DNA of 63,985 bases, counting the filler, from Globobulimina sp. (Eukaryota): assembly GCA_003354225.1 (NCBI GenBank). It is 20 parts of 20 records of this genome, joined end to end, with 100 filler letters (N's around TTAATTAATTAA, not from the genome) between each part and the next. Parts side by side here need not be neighbours in the genome. Positions count along the whole stretch, not along the records: positions 57,684 to 60,785 come from PIVH01003727.1; positions 60,886 to 63,985 come from PIVH01003728.1; 18 more parts are not named here. One strand, written 5' to 3'. The notes under the pieces were generated by a model. That model saw nothing but the letters and a program-made list of their open reading frames with translations. It did no database searches and was not told the DNA's origin. The translations under genes and the position numbers were made by a program. Below are positions 57,686-63,985 of the stretch, one piece after another; the first letter of the stretch is position 1; each line of letters opens with the position of its first letter.

Positions 57686-60655
57686 GCTGAGGAGGATAGA
57701 GACGCAAATCGAATATTGTGGATTGAAGATATCAAAAATCTTAGTTTAAGTAATGACAACTTGGTTGCTTATCGATTTTCTAAGGTCGGATTTGGTGTCA
57801 TTTGCAGTCCATTTGAATTGATGGCAGTGATACGTCATCATTTACAACAACTACATATTGATTGCGAGATAGCTAGAGAAATAGCACGAAATCTCTATGT
57901 AGACAATGTAATAACAAGAAAATCCACATTAAAGGAGGCATTAGATTTCTACAATACGTCAAAACAGATCTTTGAGAAAATGTCAATGAATTTACGAGAA
58001 TGGAGTTCTAACTCCAAGGAATTCATAGCTGCCTTACCCGAAAAGGATAGAGCAACGGGTGATATTATCAAAGTTTTGGGTATCATATGGGATTTAGAAA
58101 AGGATCTCATAATGTTAAAGGATCCAAAAGTAGATGAAATAACTGTACGAACTAAACGAGACTTAGTAAAGGTCGTCGCAAAATATTTCGATCCATTGGG
58201 ACTCTTTTCACCATTCACTGCAGCACCAAAGTTGTTACTACAATCACTTTGGAAAGAAAAGATTGAATGGGATGATAAATTACCCTCACATATTAAAACA
58301 CAATGGGACAATTTAGCCAAGACATTAAAATTAGTTCCAAGTATAAAGTTACCCCGTGTAGTTGGTCCGATAATTGAAGGACAAGAAATACAATTACATT
58401 GTTTCACTGATGCCTCAGAAAAGGCATATGCGGCAGTACTTTATATTAGAGTGAAAAATGAAGGAAAATTTGATACATTCCTCACTTTCGCTAAAAATCG
58501 AGTTGCACCAATAAAGGAAATAACTCTACCAAGATTAGAGTTGATGGGTGTTACACTTGGTGCACGAATAATAAAATTTGTTACTAAACAATTACGTGTA
58601 AACATCGCACGGACGATTTTGTGGTCAGATTCAAAATGTGTCTTAGCTTGGTTAGATTCAAATAAGGTATTACCAGTATTTGTAAAAAATCGAGTTAAGG
58701 AAATCACAGAAGATAGAAATACACAAGTTGAATTTCGGTATGTACCTACTCATGATAATCCAGCGGACATACCTACCAAACCACAAAATTATGATATAAG
58801 TAATGAGAACAATATGTGGTGGAAAGGACCACAATGGTTAAAACAACAGGAAATCGAATGGCCTAAACAGGCGCCAAAGGAGCTTAAGATCGATACAGAA
58901 GTGGAGACAACACATGAAACAATCGTACTTTTGTCAACCGAGTCAGGTTTGAATTCTCCATTTGACATGGATATAAACCGATTTTCGTCATTTGACCGTT
59001 TGACAGAAGTAACGGCATGGGTTCACAAGTTTTGCAAGATTTGGTTAAAGCGTTTGCCAAAGTTGAATCCAGATAAAAACAAATGTAGTTTGACGTCAGT
59101 TGAACTTCTTTGGTCAAAGTCACAATGGGAATTGTATGTACAAAATACTGCATACAGTCATATAAAGAAAGCGATAGAATTGAAACGGAAATTAAAGTAT
59201 CCATTGATTGAGCAATTGGGTCTTTACCTTGATGAAAAGGGTTTGATACGATGTAAAGGTAGACTACAATATTCAGACTTGCCTATAGATACTAAACATC
59301 CTAAATTGTTACCAAAAGACAATCGCTATACAAGTTTGGTAATTGAAAAATGTCATAAAACTTTACTTCATACAGGACCAAATCAGACATTAGCTCAAGT
59401 TAGACATGAGTATTGGATACCACAAGGACGTAAAGAAGTACAAAGGGTGTTGAAAGGTTGTTTGGTGTGTAAACATTTCAATGTCAAGTTTTACACTCCA
59501 CAATTAGCACCGCCGTTCGCAGAAAATCGAATAATAAAATGTAAACCGTTTGAGTATACGGGAGTAGATTACGCAGGTCCATTACATTTAGTCGAAAATC
59601 AAAAGGTGTGGATATGCTTATTCACATGTGCGGTCATTCGAGCAGTGCATTTGGAAGTAGTAGTTAACTTAACTGCTGAAGAATTTATAAATGCACTAAA
59701 ACGATTTATAGCACGAAGAGGGACACCTAAATGGATAGTCTCCGATAACGCAAAGCATTTCAAAATGACACAAGCTGCATTGAAGGTTTTGTTTAAACAT
59801 CTCAAAACATTTGACACTGAGACAGAACCGACACAGGATTACATGGTTGAACAAGAAATACAGTGGCAGTTCATTGTCGAAAGGGCCCCCTGGATGGGAG
59901 GTTTTTACGAAAGATTGATAGGAACAGTCAAGAAAGCTTTAGAACGGACAGTCGGTAAAAAATTGATAACATTGGCTCATTTACAAACACTTATAGTTGA
60001 AATTGAAGCAGTTATCAATTCAAGACCATTAATACGATTAACAGAAAATATAGACGATAAGTACTTATCTCCATCGAATTTTCTGTTCATCAATACACAT
60101 ACAGGACTTCCAAATATACAAATGGATAATGATCCAGAATACACACCAACACTTAACAGAAAATACAAACTAGAGTCCATGTGGCACGAAGGTCAGAAAT
60201 TGCTAAATTTCTTTTGGACTACTTGGAAAAACGAGTATTTGTTAAGTTTAAGAGAAAGTTGGAACAATAATACAAAGGACAACAAACAAACGATTGAACC
60301 CAATGAAGGATCTGTAGTATTAATAAAAGACACTTTGCCGCGAGCACAATGGAAGGTAGCCATAATCGATCACTTGATCGTGGGAAGGGATGGTAAATGC
60401 AGATCAGCTTATTTAAAACTTCCAAATAAAAAATTCATACGAAGAGCTGTTAAAATGCTCGCACCTTTAGAAAATGGGGAAAACAGCGATCAGACACCCC
60501 AAGACACATCCGTAGTAATACAAGCAGAACGTAATAAACATTCACAACCAAATTATGATGAAGACGATGATGGAACAAACATTGGTATGGGACAATCAAA
60601 GGACGACAACTCAAAGAAATCCACTGGTCAACAACCTTCTTCGCCGGAGTGTTAG
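57686..60655 (+). mobile_element. pol: Bel/Pao retrotransposon pol (RT, RNase H, integrase); 5'-truncated, frame intact
   Basis: EEDRD..ILW, RT YVDN, FDPLG, HCFTDASEKAYAA, TLPRLEL, WSDS, NPADIPT, WWKGP, HHCC finger, GVDYAGP, SDNA, APWMGGFYERL, FW..W..EYL. Confidence 0.97.
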
Positions 60656-60785
60656 AAGCATCAAGACATGTACATATTTGTGATATTTAACCTCATACTA
60701 ATGTATTATTGCCACGTATTGTTATTATAGATATATTCATTGTTAGTAAACACATTCATACCGAAAGGTCGTCTGTTCCCAACCT
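60650..60785 (+). repeat. Probable start of the 3' LTR
   Basis: TGTTAG follows a short G-rich gccggag tract at the end of pol; the pol stop codon lies inside the TGTTAG. Confidence 0.55.
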
Positions 60786-60885
60786 NNNNNNNNNNNNNNN
60801 NNNNNNNNNNNNNNNNNNNNNNNNNNNNNTTAATTAATTAANNNNNNNNNNNNNNNNNNNNNNNNNNNNNNNNNNNNNNNNNNNN

Positions 60886-61460
60886 AATACCGCATCAATA
60901 TTCTGCCAAACCGGCGGTACATTTGAGACAGTAACAACGTCTGCAAATGACACTGTAATACGTCCCTCGTTTGTTGCATTGAATGTGTCTTTAATATGAA
61001 AGACTTTCTGTTTATTTATAGGTATTGTGTCGCGCTGGAATTTGGATTGCTGCAATTGGATTTTCACCGTAATAATCTCTTTATTTCGCATTTTATTTGG
61101 CTGTGGTCTGTTGTTGGTATTGTTTTTGATGTGATTTACTTTGGCTTTATTGTCATAATCATTCGGCAACATAGTAATGCGGGTTTGCGCGAATTCTGTA
61201 TAAACAGTATACAATTTATCATTATTGAATATATTATTATTAGTTTTATATAGGAAGGAGCGCTTCCAATTTTTAAAGTTATTGTTGGTGGAGTTTATTT
61301 TATTTATTATATTCACTTTTATTAAATTTATTAGGAAATTTGTTTGTGCAGTTTTGCTCTCTTTTGACAATACATTTTCGATGAGCAGAACCTTACCTTT
61401 TGAGGCAGCAACAAGTATATATAACAAGAGTTGTAGAATAGTACAGTAAGATGATAGCAT
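60886..61460 (-). CDS. Secreted protein, N-terminal fragment
   Basis: Signal-peptide-like N-terminus; the ORF runs to the contig end. Confidence 0.5.
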
Positions 61461-61694
61461 CCACTGGTTGGTTTTTAAGGGGGGGAAAGATTTCTTAGTG
61501 TTTTGAAGATATTATTCTGATGTACCTTTCAATTTTTGTTTGTTTGTTTTTCATTTCAATTCAATTCAATTTTTCATGTCTTAAAGATAGAGTAAATTTT
61601 AAAAATAGATCATCAAAAAAATTGTCAAATCTTGAATTACTGAGCACACACAAATAGTTCAGATAACTACACATTTTTTTTCTTAATTTACAAA

Positions 61695-63985
61695 TTAAGA
61701 CCACAGTCTGAAAAACGTTGTCGATTGTGATTGGCTGTCTTGTTTTTCTTGTTGTTTCTGCTGTAGTTTGCCAATATTTTTTAATTCACTTCTTAATTTA
61801 TTGAGTTCGCCCATCATTTTCATAGCAAATTGTTGTTTATCATTCCGATGTTGCATTTTTAATGTCTGTATTTCATTTGTTTGTTTTACTTGCTTTTGTT
61901 TCATTTCTTTTATTTCTTGTTGGAACTCCATATTATTTTCTTTTAATTCATTTTCTTTTTCTAGATATTGCTGTATTATGCTTTCAAATTCTTGAATTTT
62001 ACTTCCTTGCTTATTTATGATTTCTCGTTGCTGTCTATTTTCATTGTGTTTGGCGTTGAATTCTTGTGTTAATCCAATATTTTCCCGTAATAATTCTTTT
62101 TGTTTCATTTCAACATTCAACATTTGATTATGTTTTGCGTAAATCCTACAAAAATTACGTCGTTGATAAAAGTGACGAAAATATGACTGTATCTGCAAAG
62201 CACATTGCGTTTTTTCTAAAAAATGCAAAATCTGCTTTGATTTCGCAATGGTTAAAATATCACTATCTTGATCAGTAAATCCGGCTTCATTGATTATAGA
62301 AAATAGTTCATTTTCGGATAAAATATATTTATTTCTCTTCATATTTTCAATTTGCACCATACCTAAAACAATATGAATATCTTCATCCTCCTCTTCATAA
62401 TTCTGATAATTATTCATTATTTTTATCAATGCGTTATAATGCACGCCATTTATGCCAAAATCCGTATTATCTGAACATAAAATATTATAAACAATGTTAA
62501 TAAATGCACCCTCATCGAGCAACGATAAAAAGCGCAATATCTCATCGCTATATTTTAATATACAACTTTGAATCTTAATATCTGCGGCGAATTTATTCAA
62601 TATCTCCACTGTTAATCTCTTTATATTGATGTTGTTGTTGTTTATTTGTGCCACAATCAATGGTATAATGTCATATAATTTATAAGCATCGCCTTCATTT
62701 ATTTTCAATATCTCATTGAAAACATATTCAATATCATCCCCATCGACGGACGCCGAGGTCAATAAATGTTTAATTATATTATAATCATTATACATCTCCA
62801 AATTATGAATTAAATAATGTTTATGCTCATACTTATCCAATACATGGATGAATATACTCATTAACTCATTACATATCATACTATTCGCATGTTGCAATCT
62901 ATTGGTTATATCCCGTAAAGTATCAATATTACACTCATTCACTTCATTTATGCCACCCGCATCAAAGAATATATACTCATTTAATTTCCGGATGGTCTCA
63001 ATTAAAATATTTATGCTTTGCATGTCCGCGATATTTAATACCCGTTTTAGTGTATCAATTGTGCCATTTATATCGATATAATCCACATTTTCATTATTAA
63101 AATTTATTAATCTGTCCATATCACTCAACTCCGCAATATGTTGGCTTTCTTCCTCTTCCATCTTCAGCTCCATGTCGTCAATCTCGAGTTTATTGGAAAA
63201 CTGCTGCGTTAATCGGATTTTGTGCACACGTTCTTGTTCTTCGTCGTCGAATAAAATGAAGAAATCTTTGGTATCGCCGGGCAGACCGATTGGTGCCGAG
63301 GTGGATGGGGAGGAGCTAGTGGATGATGGTGTGATTGATAATGATTCTTGTTCTTGACTCACCTCTTCAGCCTCTGGTTGTTGTGGTTGATTTATAGATA
63401 TTTTCGTATTATCCAATATCAGCGATGTGCGATTATTGGAGATATTTTGGGTCATTTTATCATAAACCACATCGAAATTGAATAATATGTGCTTTCCTTG
63501 TTTCTTATACATTTTATGATTGACGTACTTTTTGGAAACAATCATTTCAAAGTCACGGAATTCTTGTTTATTGATACAAATATCGGGGAGATATTGTCGA
63601 ATATCTAAATATTGATGACATATTTCATCGTTTTCGTTCTTATTACAAATACAGATTTTTATACATTCATTTTCATTGACACTTAGTATTAAACTTTGAT
63701 GCCATTCGGGCGCATTATTCTTTTTGATGATTTTTGTCTGTACACTTTGATATCCATTGTCGAAGCAACAATAGCTTGATTTCTTGGCATTTAATGCATT
63801 TCCTTTGGGCAAATTGACAGCATTTATACAATTTACGTGTATAACACCAGTGTTGTTTATCATGCCACTGTTTTTTCGTTGATGTCCACCTGTTTTACGA
63901 TGATTTTTCCAGGTTTTGGTACCGTATTTAGTGAATTCTGCATCGCCATTGCTGTCGTAAGCGTTATCATCATCGCGTGTTGCTG
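61695..63985 (-). CDS. C2 domain, helical-repeat region, IQ motif and coiled coil; 5'-partial
   Basis: GVIHVNCINAVNLP..QTKIIKKNNAPEWHQ (C2) and IQSYFRHFYQRR (IQ). The frame stays open to the window end. Confidence 0.8.
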   Translation of the reverse strand, partial: ATRDDDNAYDSNGDAEFTKYGTKTWKNHRKTGGHQRKNSGMINNTGVIHVNCINAVNLPKGNALNAKKSSYCCFDNGYQSVQTKIIKKNNAPEWHQSLILSVNENECIKICICNKNENDEICHQYLDIRQYLPDICINKQEFRDFEMIVSKKYVNHKMYKKQGKHILFNFDVVYDKMTQNISNNRTSLILDNTKISINQPQQPEAEEVSQEQESLSITPSSTSSSPSTSAPIGLPGDTKDFFILFDDEEQERVHKIRLTQQFSNKLEIDDMELKMEEEESQHIAELSDMDRLINFNNENVDYIDINGTIDTLKRVLNIADMQSINILIETIRKLNEYIFFDAGGINEVNECNIDTLRDITNRLQHANSMICNELMSIFIHVLDKYEHKHYLIHNLEMYNDYNIIKHLLTSASVDGDDIEYVFNEILKINEGDAYKLYDIIPLIVAQINNNNINIKRLTVEILNKFAADIKIQSCILKYSDEILRFLSLLDEGAFINIVYNILCSDNTDFGINGVHYNALIKIMNNYQNYEEEDEDIHIVLGMVQIENMKRNKYILSENELFSIINEAGFTDQDSDILTIAKSKQILHFLEKTQCALQIQSYFRHFYQRRNFCRIYAKHNQMLNVEMKQKELLRENIGLTQEFNAKHNENRQQREIINKQGSKIQEFESIIQQYLEKENELKENNMEFQQEIKEMKQKQVKQTNEIQTLKMQHRNDKQQFAMKMMGELNKLRSELKNIGKLQQKQQEKQDSQSQSTTFFRLWS

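Noticed and set aside
6415..60785. The gag contig and the pol contig as halves of one element
   Set aside because: They are on separate contigs and their inferred LTR starts differ.
1..63985. Prokaryotic operons, defence systems, rRNA or tRNA genes
   Set aside because: None was recognised. The genes carry spliceosomal introns, and neighbours across linkers are unrelated.

Overview
This window is not a continuous locus. It is 20 unrelated contigs of about 3.1 kb each, joined by an artificial 100-nt linker (N44-TTAATTAATTAA-N44), so adjacency only means something within a contig. The DNA is AT-rich, gene-dense and eukaryotic, with short (50-81 nt) GT-AG introns. The gene content suggests a rhizarian protist, probably a foraminiferan (inference). 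Recognisable genes: midasin and HEATR5 fragments, a Neverland/DAF-36 Rieske sterol desaturase, a Tweety-like channel, a tandem AAA+ ATPase, an RCC1-repeat protein, a trypsin-like protease, an adhesion-GPCR-like protein, a sulfotransferase, a PHD/ePHD-TFIIIC110-like fusion, a cyclic-nucleotide-gated K+ channel, a cyclopropane fatty acid synthase and two different Bel/Pao LTR retrotransposons. Main oddities: (1) an orphan internal VPS35 exon 79 nt downstream of an unrelated complete gene; (2) Bel/Pao elements in an apparently non-animal assembly; (3) atypical splice signals, with about half the donors GTT and about half the acceptors AAG; (4) a single in-frame TGA in the adhesion GPCR; (5) a probable TTA-target transposon cutting the channel pore exon; (6) head-to-head genes with start codons only 30-72 nt apart; (7) a recurrent F-box-like helix motif. 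No rRNA, tRNA or CRISPR array was seen.
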